Assembly (NCBI GenBank): GCA_016840035.1
Contig: JAEOTC010000077.1
Location: forward strand, 1 to 64,000
DNA: 64,000 nucleotides
Source of the DNA: Candidatus Hodarchaeota archaeon
GTDB lineage: Archaea > Asgardarchaeota > Heimdallarchaeia > Hodarchaeales > Hodarchaeaceae
Direction: 5' to 3'
Shown here: one piece after another, positions 63,931 through 64,000 of the stretch
How positions within the stretch are numbered: position 1 is the first letter of the stretch
Layout of the letters: each line of letters opens with the position of its first letter
Program-made: the position numbers and the translations under genes
The notes under the pieces: model-generated
Told to the model about the DNA's origin: nothing
The model's database searches: none
What the model saw: only the letters and a program-made list of their open reading frames with translations

Positions 63931-64000
63931 TCTGCGTTGGATTTAGTTCAATCAATACATATCTAGCTTCTTGATTGACTTTGCACTTTGGCTCTAGATT

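Noticed and set aside
1-64000. tRNA, rRNA, CRISPR arrays, IS elements
   Set aside because: No GC-rich structured RNA segments, regularly spaced repeats or transposase ORFs seen in any intergenic region

Overview
A gene-dense, AT-rich archaeal chromosomal segment, most consistent with an Asgard archaeon (Heimdallarchaeia/Hodarchaeales-like). This assignment is inferred from GGTGA-type Shine-Dalgarno sites, pyrimidine-tract terminators, a geranylgeranyl reductase, archaeal Mre11/Rad50, and several eukaryotic-signature-like proteins: a longin-small GTPase fusion, a 1066-aa alpha-solenoid with Zn-ribbon and RING, a tandem-longin-like protein and an HTH-Yip1-like fusion. There are about 50 CDS. 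I found no rRNA, tRNA, CRISPR array, transposase or integrase. Five loci stand out. (1) A four-gene minus-strand cluster encodes a ~7-TM protein, a divergent heme-copper-oxidase subunit-I-like protein that keeps the heme-ligand His residues but lacks the CuB His-His pair, and two tandem heme O synthases; a divergent Cys-rich HxlR regulator and a perfect operator-like palindrome lie upstream. (2) A tightly packed DUF1257-DUF2997-Ycf46 AAA-mre11-rad50 operon has the Ycf46 module where herA/nurA usually sit. (3) A Mo-hydroxylase pair lies head-to-head with a W-AOR-SCP2-aldolase-LsrK-like kinase-dehydrogenase catabolic operon. (4) An fdrA gene is split, with its C-terminal piece as an unannotated 57-aa ORF before DUF1116. 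(5) An unannotated 44-aa ORF has its own TATA box inside a palindrome. All family calls come from motif recognition by eye, not database searches.
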